A stretch of DNA of 62,005 bases, counting the filler, from Choristocarpus tenellus KU-1152 (taxonomy: Eukaryota > Protista > Phaeophyceae): NCBI GenBank assembly GCA_964200185.2. It is 10 parts of 10 records of this genome, joined end to end, with 100 filler letters (N's around TTAATTAATTAA, not from the genome) between each part and the next. Parts side by side here need not be neighbours in the genome. Positions count along the whole stretch, not along the records: positions 26,248 to 33,616 come from CAXNAD020006254.1; positions 33,717 to 39,152 come from CAXNAD020010784.1; positions 39,253 to 43,520 come from CAXNAD020015387.1; 7 more parts are not named here. One strand, written 5' to 3'. Positions within the stretch are counted from its first letter, which is position 1. Every line of letters begins with the position of its first letter. The position numbers and the translations under genes were made by a program. Under the pieces are notes generated by a model, which saw nothing but the letters and a program-made list of their open reading frames with translations, was not told the origin of the DNA and made no database searches. Positions 26,455 through 40,161 of this stretch are shown one piece after another.

Positions 26455-27634
26455 CTGAAGAAAGGTAGTGTGAAAAACCCTGTGGATGAAACTGGAGGAA
26501 CGAACTTGTAGAGACCCTGATCGGTACTCTACTGGTCCCTGAGATGTGTAGTAAAAGTGTGAAGTGGAAGGAGCGACTTGTTGGCAGGCAGGTAAATATT
26601 GCACTGATGAAGTTTGCCGCACAATATGTACGGATTAGACGTATTAGAAGCTGCAATTTTCAGGGGGAGAGTGGAGTATTCGTTTATGTAGTACACCTTA
26701 AGACGTTCCACAAGACGACTCACAACATGGTCGGGATAGGTTGCTGCGCACAAAGAAGTCCGTTGAGTACTTCGACCTTTGATACCTATTGATTCGTATC
26801 CCCACAAAATTGGGGTGTCGCAGTATATTTTTAATGGGGCAATTCATGGACCTGGAGCAGATCCACTTTCCTCATCGCTCCTATCCTGAAATTTCAAACA
26901 ACCTCCGGCTATCAACTGCACCATGTACCTGTGCACGCCATGCTTCCGCCAACATACTAAGTCGAATCTGAGCCCAAAATGAGAAAATGTTGGACTATGC
27001 CATGTCAGCCTTTGGGGCTGCTGGATCATTGTGTGTGGGAGAAGTGCTAAAGTCTGCTGGCGCGGTGGTTCGTCCGCAATCGGCGAACGGGTCATGCACA
27101 CAGGATAATGGGGATCGCATTTCTTCATCTAACACAACTAACCGTCACACGCTATGAAGTAGTGGGGACGTGTTTGATCTACCAAGCCAAACTTACAAGT
27201 AAACCATCTAGAGGCTCAGAGCCAGGATACGCACATGAGCTAGATTTTGGCACGTGGAGTATCAGTGCATGCCCCAGGGATGTTACAGTCCCCAGCCGCA
27301 CCCCCACCATGAAGAGTCTCATAGGCCAATTCCTATCTGGACCACGTCTCCAGGGTTTGGTGTGAGTGAATTTTGATCCTACTACCTGGCCAGTCCAATG
27401 CAGAACTCCAACAAAAAACTCCTCCGCTCCACCCTTCCCCCTTACCCACCTACAGTCTGTTGCAGGTCAGCTGTGTGAGCGAAAGCGTTGGTGTGATATA
27501 GTGCATTAGGATTTAGCACTGCAGATTCATGGTACTTACACTCAGTGTAGAGAAATCGGACGTTTGTCAACTTCAATCACAACCTACAAATGTTGGATTA
27601 TGTTCACTTCCACGCACCCCTTCCGTCAACCAAG

Positions 27635-29967
27635 ATGTACTCTCTGGCGCGGTCTGGTAGGCCAATCCCCTCTCGGTTGTCGTGCAACTCGTTGTCCCTA
27701 GGGAGGATGCTGCTTAATGCTTTGGTAGACCATGGCATTCAACATGACGGAATTGGCAACCAGTCTTTTTCAGGCGGCTACAAGAGTAGGGGTAATAGAG
27801 TTGTTGGTACACCTGGCTTGCTAATGAGAGCTTTGGGACGTACTAATGAAGGTTCGGCATTCAGAGGGACTTCCTGGTGTAGCTTGTCAAGCGTGCCTAG
27901 TCTTTCAGAGCAAGACTTCCACATCACGGCGGACGAGACGCTCGAGAGGTTACAAGATGCGGTGGAGGGGGCACTGGAAGATGGATATGAAGGGGATTTC
28001 GAAGTTGACTTGTCGGTGAGCTCCCTTTTTCCAACCAAGGACTTGCCGCTCGCCTTTCGTTAGGTGTGCTGCAATGACGGGACATTCCGATTGCCTATGC
28101 TGGCAATGGTATTCCTAATGCCGTTCCCTCATCCTTCCACACGCTCTTGTTGTGCTTGGCATGTGCCATGTATACCAGCTTTGTCCGTGCTCTCCTTTCT
28201 CAACAACATTCATTTGCAACGGGGAAATAAGCTGGGATGGTGCAAGAACTCCAGTATCAATTACCCTTTGCTTCTTGTGTTCAAAAAATCTTACCTGCCG
28301 AAGACGATCCATCTCAAATCACAATCCGTTGTTCCTTACGACGAGGACCGAGATTTTGCTATCTAACCCCAAGACACCTTTTCCCGATCTGAATTGAAGA
28401 TGACATCGACAAGTAGAGGATGTATTGTCATATTTTCCACACATCGAATGCCAACCCTTCTAGGGATCTCATCAAGTGCTGCACTGAGTGCTATTCACTT
28501 TGAGTACTCCAACCATTTGGCATGAAGATGCCATGTGCACATTGACGTACAAAGTTACTGTGGTTCTTGTGTGTCCTCCATGCCACTCGCCTTCATGTTG
28601 ATGGTACGGTGTGGTGGTGTTCAACGCAGCAAGGAGTACTAAACATTGTTGTGAGAGATCACGGTACCTGGGTCATCAACAAACAGGCCCCAAACCGTCA
28701 AGTGTGGTGGTCAAGTCCCATCAGGTACTATGATGCCACTGTGTGCCTTTCCCTGGCATGGTTTTGATCCCTTTGTCTTGAGCATGTACTTTAAAAAGGC
28801 TTTTGTTGGTGGAAGTATTGTTGCTCCAGTTATACACATAGCCACAGTCCATGTGTTAAATGCAGTAAACATGTTTTTCTGTGGTGGGTAGGGGAGGGTA
28901 TGTGTTCAAGAGACGAAGAGGTAGCCTACTATTAAGAAAATTACACGTTGTTTCCCCGCCCCACATGCGTATGTGTGCGCTAACTGCTGCCTCTGTTACC
29001 ATCAGCGGATGAATTTCAGCCTTAAGAAACCATTGGGTACTTCTTTCTTCCCATGAGCTTGACAAGACAAGAACATGCCATACTTAAGACGATTTTGTTA
29101 TGAAAAATAGAAGAGCTTTTAACGACAGTTGTACTGTTGCTCTTGCGCATATTTTTGCACCCATTTATTTTGTTTCTCAAAGGTCAAAAGGAGTATTTGG
29201 TTGCAATGGCCATAGCCATCCTATATCCAAAACAATTGCTTGCACCGAGTTGAACACTTGTCTGATGTGCTGTATTTTCGGTGTGCTGACCCACTGGATG
29301 GGAAACTGTGAAGTGTCATCCATGTCAGGATTTCAAACAAGATTTTGTGCAACATCTATATGATGCTGTCTCTGTGTGCATTCAAGAATATCGAGTGGCA
29401 CAATGATTGGGAAGTGGGTTCCCAGGCTACTGTGTTTTGTCAAAATCACATTGCTCGCCATGAGATTCAGCTAATTTTTCGAATTGACGTATCTGTGAAG
29501 GAAGAGATCTGAAATGCACCTGGAATAGCAAAAGTATATTGCAACTGTAACTGATTACTGTCCCACAATTACTATGGGTGTTCCGAATGGTGTTGGTGAA
29601 AATGTCTATTCTTTTTGTAGGGGCTGAAGCACAGACCGGAGGGGTTTTTGTGATGCAGCAACATGAGTCCAGGCTTGAGTGAACCGTTTGTAAAGACCCT
29701 AACATGCCAAGGTGCCCTTTCATCCTCTTGAAATCTTGCCTCACGCCGCCTTCAACCTTTGTCGTCTCCATCACCTTCTCCTGCTTGCCTGATACAACAC
29801 ACAGCGGACCCATGAGGTTTGAGCTTGACCAGTGTGAGGGTAAATGGGTCAACACCAGAGATCCCAGCATTCGACTTTTGGAGCTACTTCAGGGTGAAGT
29901 GAGGGTTAAGTGTGGAGTAGAGGTTGACTTGATAGATGTGCTTGAGAGCAAGACCTCCCCCCGGTGA
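27635..29967 (+). CDS. FXN: frataxin (CyaY family), complete, 3 exons, 212 aa from the second ATG
   Basis: Exons 27635-28015, 28630-28724 and 29805-29967 splice in phase to ...EQDFHITADETLERLQDAVE...FEVDLS|QGVLNIVVRDHGTWVINKQAPNRQVWWSSPIS|GPMRFELDQCEGKWVNTRD...LLELLQGE, the hallmark frataxin sequence. The N-terminus is R/S/L-rich like a mitochondrial presequence. Alternative upstream ATG at 27590. Confidence 0.97.
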
Positions 29968-31749
29968 TGGCAAGAGGGGGGCGGGTGTCTCATTGAGGCT
30001 GTTGATAGAAGTATTGTTCCACTTCAGAAGGTCAACGAAGACCCTACACTTTAATAACCTTACCCCCTTCCCTACTACGGAGTGTACATTTCTTATGTAC
30101 TAGTATTTGGTACGTGTTACAATTATTTGTGTTGGGGCGAAGGCATGCATCAGTGAAGAGCAAGGTATTGAAAGGACTGTGCAATGTGGTTTGCTTTCTT
30201 GGACAAAGGATTGACTGCACCAGGGTATATTCCGTGTCTGTTATTGGTGGGCACTTAAGATGTGTTTCATTCAAAAGTGTCTTCTTCATTGTGGTCGAAA
30301 AAATGGCGGAAGAGACCAAGGGTCTACTCTGGCGGGAGAATGCCTGAAGCTGCTGTGAGTTCTATCTGACACGGTCGAGTGCTGATCAAGGGGATGCAGG
30401 AATGTCAATTCTAGGGTTCTTCCTCACCCAAATTGTGACTCTCATCTGATACCATCATGCTTCGCAGGATTTCTTAGAATGGCATGGCGTTTGAAAATTG
30501 ATTGAGCATACCTGCACATGAAAAAATATCCTCCTGACTGTTGAGAATATGGTGTATGTCACGAACACATTCTTTGGTAGAACTCAACTTGTTTTGTAGA
30601 GGTGCTGGAGTAGTTTTTGTATGTGTATGCTTGAGCACATATATTTTTGGGGTAGCAGACTGACTGGATGTATCTGCATCTAAGGCAGACACGAGCAGGC
30701 GTGGTAGGCATTGGACCTTGCCCGGCGCTCTTTTGTCTCACACTGACACTTCCTATTCTTGAGTTGTTGCACTAGGTTGTGGTGGTGCCATAGTAGACTG
30801 AACATCTCGAGGGGTCGCAGGGTTAAGATTGGATGCTGGATTGGAGGATGTTGCTGGTTGATTGAGACATTTGCGCCTAATCTTCAACTGTGGTGTTTAC
30901 AGTGACCAACCCTAGTGACTTGCTTGTGTCCTTGTATCATCCTGAAAATAATTGTCTTTGTTGTGGTTCTTGGTAAAGTGTTTTTGTACACACTATATAT
31001 TATGTGCAACAAGCAGCAGCGGAATGCACAACATAACGTCAAGCAATGACAGCGGAATTTGTATCACCTCTGAGGCCAATTGGCTGGAATGGCACGAAAA
31101 AGTCCTCACCATCCAGCTCCTCTGCTTCATCCTTCCATTGCCGTCAGACCAGGATCGCAAAATGTGTGTTGCATTGCCTTGAGCCCTAACATTGCCAAGG
31201 GAGAGAGAGAGAGGAGTATCAATCTGCCGCAAGTATTGTGTCACCTTACCACTATAAAGAACTATGAGCTTGCATTTTTGAAGAAGCATCCTACTACAGG
31301 CAATACTCGCTGTAACACTTTTGGGTATGGGTGGTGCAGATGGTGATAGCAGAGATAGTGCAGAAGAGAGTAGCCTATTCATTTTTGTGAATTATTCGAT
31401 ATGTTTTTCAAGGATTTTTGATGAGGACTGGTATTATTACATCATGAGTATATTAGTAGTAGAGGATGCAAGAGGGTTGTGGATACCATGCTGTACAATG
31501 TTGTGACGTCTAGGGAGGATGTTGGTAGTAGTAGGTGCAGGGATACACATGGACACCACCAGTGGAGCCACAAATACAGTTTGGATTATTTAACCAACAC
31601 AACACCAATTCACTAGTAGCATCAAGTGATAAGGAAGTCTATCATATATATATATATGCATCTTAGTATTTCATCCGTATTATTTTATTATATATTACAG
31701 TGGTAGACATACAAGGGTAAGTCGATAATACATACGTGTACACTACTAG

Positions 31750-32413
31750 GTGTCAGGCATTGACCAACCCTTTGTCTTTGTAGTCCAGTGTAGTGCAGAG
31801 GCCAAACATCGATACTGGTGTACTCCTATTGTGATATATCATCAAAGGAAACACACTCATGTGGCACATCTTCACGTTGGGGTTGTCGAACTCGCGCTCA
31901 ATAGAGTGGATCATTCACATATTGAAGCGCACGAGTTTGAGGAGGGGCCACCACTACGAAGAACGTGGATTTGTGGAAAGGCTAGGATATCCCGTATGAG
32001 AAAGCGGCAGTTCGACTCTGCAGTCTTGACACTAGATGTTGCGAGGGGAACTCAACGAGAGCAGACCCCTTGTTCGCATTCAAGCCGAAGTCCTTATGAT
32101 CCCAGTACCACCGGGGAGACTGGGGGATGTTAGAATGAGGAGAGTGGGCATCCCTTGTGAGAACATTGGATGGAAGAAACGAGAGAAACTGTTGAAGCAG
32201 AAAGGAGCCTACATGGCAGGAGGGAACATTGTTCCTGCCCTCACCAAGTCTCTTCAGAAGTTTAGGCATTGGTGGTTAAGGAATGAGGTTGAGGCACTGT
32301 AGGACTCTCTGAAAAACGGAGAGAATTTCAAAAATTGCGTCAAAGGGGCCAAAGATCTTCGAGACATTTGCGCAGCTTGCACCTGCCAGCAGGTGACAGC
32401 AACAGGCAGATGG

Positions 32414-32459
<46 letters not shown>

Positions 32460-33000
32460 AGGAGCCTGAAACCAATCCAGTGAGTGATTTGACCAAGGAA
32501 TTGACAATTTGATCGGAGGAAACAACAGTGGCTATATGATGTGTTAATCTGATGAGCTCTCGCATTTACGGATCATATTGCTTATTGTATATTGTGAAGG
32601 CTCAGTCCCCGAGGGTCTTTAATATTCTGAACTTGGGGTCGAGTTCTCGAGAGGCAGCTCTTGACCAAGCTACGGAGTTTGCAAAGATGTGACCGGACAC
32701 GCCCAAGTGGGAGTCAGCGTTCAGGGTGAGAGAGAAACTGGAAATCCGTCAGCAAGGAAATTCAAAAGATACCGGGTGCAGCATGAGGAGGATGTGAAGG
32801 GTCACTGCCTGGAGTGGTTGCAGCAGGAACCTGTGAATAAAGGGGGTGCCAATGCAACTTCAGAAGGTTCCAGACAGTTCATGAACAACGAGATTTTCCC
32901 ATATTTGGTAGATACGGGAAAAGCTGGGGAGGATACTTTCTATGGCTTGTGCATGAACTGTAGTGTTGGAAGAGGATGTGAAGTGGGTGTATGAAATATG
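31750..33000 (+). pseudogene. decayed coding-like sequence, probably DNA-transposon derived
   Basis: Broken frames including QHEEDVKGHCLEWLQQEP...SRQFMNNEIFPYL, reminiscent of N-terminal regions of some eukaryotic DDE transposases. Interrupted by a (GA)n tract at ~32416-32455. Family not established. Confidence 0.25.
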
Positions 33001-33210
33001 CAACCTCTCTCTGTGGTCTTCCACCGCAGGTCAAGACAAGGGCCGAAAATAGGAAACTGGTCTTTGATGGCAAGCAGTTTGTTCGCTTTGAAGACAAGTG
33101 CATTTTCATAGGTTAGTGCTTCAGAAGTTCTATGTTCTCATGACCCTATATGGTTAGGAGTCAAAATATTTAAGCGGGTAGGGTCTGTTGGGGATCATAT
33201 CTTTTTATTT

Positions 33211-33550
33211 TTATTATTATGGCCTCTGACATTTTGCAGATAGATGTGTCAGGGGGGAAACCAATGAAAACTATACATATACACGTATGTATATAGTTTC
33301 CATTGGTTTTCTCCTGACACATCTGCAAAATGTCCGAGGGCATAATAAAATAATATACATATGTCGAAGTTTTCATTGGTTTCCCCCTGAAACATCTGCA
33401 AAATGTCAGAGGGCATAATAATAAAATACATATGTAGTTATTAGCCCTAGAGAAATAAAATATCCTAAACGTAACCATATATTTTATTATTATGCCCTCT
33501 GACATTTTGCAGATGTGTCAGGGGAAACACCAATGAAAACTATATGTATG
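33211..33550. repeat. cluster of four ~70-bp hairpin/(TAA)n repeat units (orientations +,-,-,+)
   Basis: Unit TTATTATGCCCTCTGACATTTTGCAGATGTGTCAGGGGAAACCAATGAAAACTATA at ~33211-33280(+), ~33287-33352(-), ~33355-33425(-) and ~33482-33550(+). Further copies at 7513-7545, ~47714-47768 and ~49012-49070. Confidence 0.9.
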
Positions 33551-33616
33551 TTAGGATGGTAGGAGGGAGAGGAGCGGGAGGATATGGTAGGAAAGGAGTA
33601 GTTAAATCCAGACTAC

Positions 33617-33716
33617 NNNNNNNNNNNNNNNNNNNNNNNNNNNNNNNNNNNNNNNNNNNNTTAATTAATTAANNNNNNNNNNNNNNNNNNNNNNNNNNNN
33701 NNNNNNNNNNNNNNNN
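33617..33716. other. artificial contig linker
   Basis: N44-TTAATTAATTAA-N44. Confidence 0.99.
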
Positions 33717-34414
33717 GCGGCTCTACCCTCTAAGATACTTTGGCTCAAAGGGAACCCTCAACATTGGTCGATCTGCTGCACCTTTGGCAAAAAAAGCTCC
33801 TGAAGGAGGCAATATTGCATCCTCTTGAGGTCCAGTTATGGATATTTTACAAGTTGAAGGATGTCAAGTGATATCTTGAGAAATTAAAATGACCCGCAAC
33901 AGGCTGAGAAATGCAACCACATCAATCAGGTTGCAACACTACAATGGGTCGATATGGGGATGTGCCATTGCTTTATTGAGCGTGCAAGAATACACTGCTG
34001 TAATTTGTTTGTTCCAAATAATGGGCATAAATTTACCACTCAATTAAATTGTTTGCAGTGTCCACTTTCCCTGAGTGTCTATGAAGGGCACTGGCAACAG
34101 GTAGCTCTTGGCGGAAAGGAGATGTCATGCGATGCGAGTTTCATAACAGAGTGGCATTCCAAGGAAGTTGTGATGGTTGGTGTACGTCATGCTAAGCAGC
34201 ACCTAAGGCAGCTCAATCGACCACCATTAACACTGCCTGCTGGATGCTGTTTTCTCAATTGAATTTCTCTTATTGGGCTATTTATTGTTGCGTCCCTCCT
34301 TTTCCCTCTCATTTCGTGTTACTTCTGGAACATGTGATGAGTAGTGTTGTACTGAACCCAACTTTATTATTGTTTTGGTGTTAGCGTCACATCTAGGTTA
34401 TCTTCGGGTTCTCG

Positions 34415-34592
34415 GGTTCAAAGTGTCTGGGGGGGGTGGTGGCTGTCCATCTGGGGGCATTTTTTCATGTCGTGATTTTTTTATGATTTAGTTGCATACA
34501 TCGAATGGATGATGTAAGTACACTTTTCCTGGTTTTGGGCGAAATGGACACCCTGTTGTAGACTGCCCCCCCGCCCCCAGATAGTTTTGGTC
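34415..34592 (+). mobile_element. MITE family A copy
   Basis: GGTTCAAAGTGTCTGGGGG...CCCCCAGATAGTTTTGGTC, homologous to 53328-53503. Flanked by TCG/TCG. Confidence 0.88.
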
Positions 34593-37457
34593 TCGTTACC
34601 TTCCCTGCTAGATATACCGGGTTCCTTTTTCTTACGTTTCCTTTCTGTTTTTTTTTTCTCTCGATACCTAGTACTTTTTTGTCTCAAGCAGAGCTTTACA
34701 TCGGACCAGGATTAAACTGGGCCAACTGGTCCCGGTTCGCAGGCCGGTCCAGTATACAATCTGGATCCTCATGGTCCGGTGTTTTCCCAGGCCGGTCTAG
34801 GGGTCAAGGTCTAGCGTGCACAACACAGAAAGCACTGCAAACTTATCTGAACACCAGCTTTTAGTAGCAATGGGAGTGGCAGTAATATTAAAGATATACC
34901 AAACACACGGCAATCCCCTATCAGGTTGACACGTCTTCTTGTGAAGGACTCCTCAGCAACTCAGCCGCAAAAAGGGGTTAGTCCGACGAATCTGTGGGTG
35001 GCGAAACTAACATGGGCATAGAGTGTGACCCACAGCAAAATCAATGCGTTCTTGACCGACAGGAATGTATAGTCCTGGACATGGTAGGATCGAGGAAGTG
35101 ACCGAATAGATCTTCCTGTACCTCAAGATCTTGGCTGCGAAGAAAGGAGAGCAAGATGCCCCATGCCAGGTACTGCCTTTGAGCCTCCGTGGTAAGGGCA
35201 ACAAGAAGATCGCGAATACATGTATTTGTGTCAGGTGTTGACCCAATCAAAGGAAGGCAATAACAGAACCCTAATTAATGAGATAGCCAAGTATTAAGAC
35301 GAAGAAATGGAAACACCGAGGTGCAAACAGGATGAACCGTGAGCAGTGGTGGTTTCCTTTCAGAAGGGTGTGACTGGGCACAAAGTAGTCTTGTGACCAC
35401 GTATTTCATGTCGACGATTTAGTACTAGTATGGAACTGTATCTGTACTGTAATGTCATACAAAGAAGTTGTGAAGTCATCAATGTATACTTCAGTAGATA
35501 AAGTATATGCATGCTGTGGTTGCTGTATATACATGCGCTCATATATTTCGAAAGAGTTTGTAGGGGAGGCGACGACATCATACACATAATTCTTTACTCA
35601 TAATTTTAGAGTATTAAATGTCAAGCCTTTTGTTTTTCCACATGACTCCTGCGTGATTGTTTTGCACATGTACTGTGATGGATATTATGTGTCTCAAGAG
35701 GCTTGTATTGTTTCCAAACGTGTGTCCAAAATTTCTTTAATCCTTTAATATTCGAAACCCTAAAAAAAAAATGTTGAAGAATTTATTGAAGCTGAGCGTG
35801 TGGAACTTTGATGAACTTTGTACTAATGCTGTTCTGATAGTACAATGATACCAATGCCATTTCGATAAGCTTCACTCTTCTTGGAGGAAGGACAAAAATT
35901 GATTATACTACGAGGATAGTCTTGTTCCACGAGGAAGGACAAACAGTGAAGCCCTGTGAAGAGGCTTAATCCTTGAGGATGGAGGAATTAATTTTGCTCA
36001 GAAAAGAGTCTTGTTCGTAGAGGAACGACGGAAACAAATTACACCAATGTGACTGTGTAAATGTGTGAAACAGATGGAAATAAATGGAAATAGATCGACA
36101 GGTTCTTCAGACTAAAGGGGATCGGAAAGAGCACTGGAGGAAGGGAATGGCGAGAGAAAATGTAGGAGGGAGAGCAATCCCTCAGAAGATCACTCAGGAA
36201 AGATTGAACAAGCAAAAAGTGAACGAGGGGGGTGGCAAAGTCCCCTCAAACCATCCGCTTTTTCTTCAAGCAGATGTTAACTTCAACATGCAAAAGCAGA
36301 TGTCATATGAGCAAACAGACCTTGAACGTAGGTCACCTTAAAGGTACACCTTAGTTGGACGATGGCTCACAAATGTGTATATCTAGGATAGGTATCGTGG
36401 ATACGACGTTGAGATGACAGAGGTCAAGAATGGTGACCTGTGTATCAAAAAGTAGCAAAAAAATAGAATGGGGCGGCAGAAGAGAAAATAGTTGGCCCTA
36501 GTCAGTGTCTATTGGAACCAAATTGGTTTTGATCAGCAGAACACATGCTCCAGTCTTTCTTGAGCTTTGGGAATACAAACTCGTCTACACAAGCGCTATT
36601 GTCCAATGATGGCTCAGTATCTGTCTATTTTACAGTGTATTCCAGTCAGTTACGATTGTTGCACACCTTTATTCGGACCGAGCCTGTGGTCCGTTTTGCT
36701 AATATTTTTGTGATGGTCTTGAGGACCGGTCCCCGACCAGGTCCCGTCACCTACTGGAGATCCAGTGTAAAGTCCTACTCTTCAGCAATGTGTACTGCCT
36801 TCGTTTGACTGACTTTCGATCGCATATTTGATGCCCTTCATTCTAAATAGAATAGCAATTAACAGCAATACAATAAATGATACTACTGTAGAGTAGTTGT
36901 TATATTGGGAACCGATTATTTGGTACACCTATCCCCAGGACTTTCCACACTACCGGCAATGCATGACGGGACTGGGGCAGGGACCAGCAGGGTTTAGACA
37001 CCTTTTTTCGGGACCAGTCCAGGACTATAAAAGATAATAACCGTACCGAACTCAGAATAGACTTGGATAAACATGTGTTCACAGTACTACTACGTCCTAC
37101 GGAGTACTATATATAGTATTGTAGTATTTAACAGGACCGAACTGGAGTAATGGAGATGGTCGACCGGATCCAAGCCACGGACAGGGTAAGGTTAAATATA
37201 TCTTGACAGGGCCAGACCAGAACCAAGAGTAACTCTGGAACAGGCTGTCGCCTAGACTTGTTTTGAACATAATGTAGTAACAGGGATTCTCGTAACTATG
37301 ACTTGGTTACACTAAACTTGTTCACCCCTCTTATATATACAAGAGCAAGAAGTAGTAACTAACACACCTGTAAACCTGATCATATAACATCCCTTCTCAA
37401 TCGCGTTTTCCACCTTCAACTTCGATCTTCAATCCCTCAATTTTATTTTAATGAATA

Positions 37458-37697
37458 GAGTCAAAGTATATTTGAAGGTAGAGTCGCGTCCGTTTGAGGT
37501 CCAATATCCAATGTTGCGATTTTGATGTAATTTTGGGTATTGTGTTTATTAGGAAGTGCCAATATCCTTGTTCCGAACACACCCTTTTCATAAACATACA
37601 CATTTTGACTAGGAAAATATAATGAAAAATCCGTGGGAAGCCGAGCCCCAAATGGACAAACAGGGCAAAATTCGTACCCTCTAAGATACTTTCACTC
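37458..37697 (+). mobile_element. MITE family B copy
   Basis: GAGTCAAAGTATATTTGAAGGTA...TACCCTCTAAGATACTTTCACTC, homologous throughout to 46348-46605. Confidence 0.88.
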
Positions 37698-37814
37698 AAT
37701 TGATTGTATGCTGATTTCTTGTTCTAGGCTATTCTACCATTACTTCTGAAAGTTGCTTAGCAAATACATATATCAAAAGTCAAAGTTGCTTGGTAAATAC
37801 ATATATCAACAAGT

Positions 37815-38077
37815 GAGTCAAAATAAGCGAGAGGTACCCAGGTTTTGTCCGTTTCTTATTTCAAGTCAGTTTTTAATATTTTTGCAATTTACCGATGTTT
37901 CTATGGATGAAGTGCCAAGTTTGACTTGAGAGTGCTGATTTTTGTATTGATAGAGATTTTGACCAGAATAAAAAAAAAACTTTCCTCTTTGAGTCTGTAA
38001 AAAATAGGCGAATTTTGCACCCATTTTGTCAACCTGCTTAAAACTCAACCCTGCGTACCTCTCGCTTACTTTGGCTC
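37815..38077 (+). mobile_element. MITE family C copy
   Basis: TIRs GAGTCAAAATAAGCGAGAGGTAC / GTACCTCTCGCTTACTTTGGCTC. A second partial copy lies at ~38972-39095. Confidence 0.82.
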
Positions 38078-39152
38078 AGATGACAATCCCTTACATACAT
38101 CCTTCCTGTTATACAATCAAAATAATTCCAATCTAAACGTCTAACTCCCTATCCAATTCTCAGCGCTGAAGTCATCACTTAGATCACCACACACAGTAAA
38201 CCCTCCCACATTGGAAGTACCTTGAAACTATAATCCTCTCACTCCTAAACCCTTGTCACTTCTTTTACTTACATCGACACAATTAATACCTACCATACCC
38301 TCAAACTTGAGAATACAAAGATCCTCGCCTATTCACTCTTCTACTTTCAACAAGATTTTTCATCCTATCAACCCCATTCTTTAAATCAATGATTTCGAAA
38401 TCAAACGCCCTTTACAAATTCATACAATTTCTGAACACTGTCAAATCTAAACAATATCAGGAAATAGTACGACTCCATACTTATCACTCAGTTACTATAT
38501 TACATCCAAATAACTCTTGCCCTCCTCACAATTTTCAACTTCCTTACTTTCCTGTTATACCAGGTTGGTGTGTAAGAATGGGAAAAATGTTGGATAGATA
38601 CACAGTACTGCTTTGAAGTAGTATATAGAAGGAGACTCCATTGGGAGATAGGTTTTGACTTAACAGATCGCCACTGGAACCTTTCTACATACTCTCTTTG
38701 ATGTGACAGTCTTAACCGACCCAGTGTTTACAAGGGACTAAAACAAAATATCATCGAATATCACATAGTAATGCGACGTTGCACTTCAATTTCAGTATTC
38801 AAGGATTCGAACGCATAGATGAGCTGATCTGTTTTTTGTGATAACCATATTTTTAGGGGTGTGAAAACTAACTTTTGATAGTTCTCTGGTCTCCACATAG
38901 ATCATTTAATATCCTAGTTAAGATACTTGAGCATGGATTAATTCTAACATCTAATCCAGAAGTTGACCTGAGGTAAGCGAGAGATACCCAGGTTTTGGTG
39001 ACTTTGCATTTTAAGACACTTTACCCCATCTTCCCCAAGTTACCATTGTTTCTGTGTATGAAGTGCTAAGATTGACTCGAGAGCATTGATTTCTCCAACA
39101 AAACCCCCCGACAGAATTCAGTCAAGTTGGGTCAAAGTATCTGGTGGGGGGG

Positions 39153-39252
39153 NNNNNNNNNNNNNNNNNNNNNNNNNNNNNNNNNNNNNNNNNNNNTTAA
39201 TTAATTAANNNNNNNNNNNNNNNNNNNNNNNNNNNNNNNNNNNNNNNNNNNN
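39153..39252. other. artificial contig linker
   Basis: N44-TTAATTAATTAA-N44, immediately after a family A TIR (GGGTCAAAGTATCTGGTGGGG). Confidence 0.99.
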
Positions 39253-39854
39253 GGGTTTTATCGAGAGGTGGGTTGGGTCGAGTGGGGGGGGGGGGGGGGG
39301 GAGGAGATACTGAGATTTTTGGTATTGTGAATCATTTAAACCAAAACAAATGAACTCTGGAAATCAAGGGGTAATATCAGCTGATAATTTTCTCAAGCGT
39401 GTATGCCCACCACATGCTCAGCTCACAGAAGCCCCACGGCGCTCAGCACTTCACACACCTTGAATCACGTGCTGCCTGCAGATGTAAATCCATCAAGAGA
39501 GTTTTTTTCCTTATTCAATTCAATCTATGCTCACCAAACCCTTCGATTCACAACAACAACAAAAAAGTGTGTGTACATGAATGAACAGACCAACAACACA
39601 ACCTTAAAATCTCACATTCGGCCAATAGGACGCATGCATTCACCAGGTGTGCAACGCCCCCTACATCCTCGATTAAATTTCTGATGACACAGGATAGATG
39701 CACACATACAACATCACATACTACGTACTACAACCCTTGCCGCCTAGACACATCATTGAATACATACATGTAGCAACCCATATACAGTTACGCCTTCAAG
39801 CATCACTGTTCAACAACAATGGTAGCGCTCAGGTGCGCTTGTATCTAAGGATAC

Positions 39855-39890
<36 letters not shown>

Positions 39891-40128
39891 TGAAAACAAA
39901 TTGATACAATATGCTATATATTTATTGAAAATACTACTACAGAGTTTTACCATGTAGGTAGTACGAAAAAAAAAGTCATTTTCTACCATATGACAATACA
40001 CTGTACGATCTGCCATCAGTGCCATGGTGTCATGATACGTGGCAGTTTGTCTGATACACTGGGCACTACAAGCGGACACAGTGTAGGCTTGCAAAGGGAG
40101 TGGTATAGGTATCAACAGTGGGCACCTG

Positions 40129-40161
<33 letters not shown>

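Noticed and set aside
33211-33550. Hammerhead ribozyme in the hairpin repeat
   Set aside because: No CUGANGA...GAAA core in the proper stem arrangement on either strand. Other CTGATGA sites I checked in the window also lack it.
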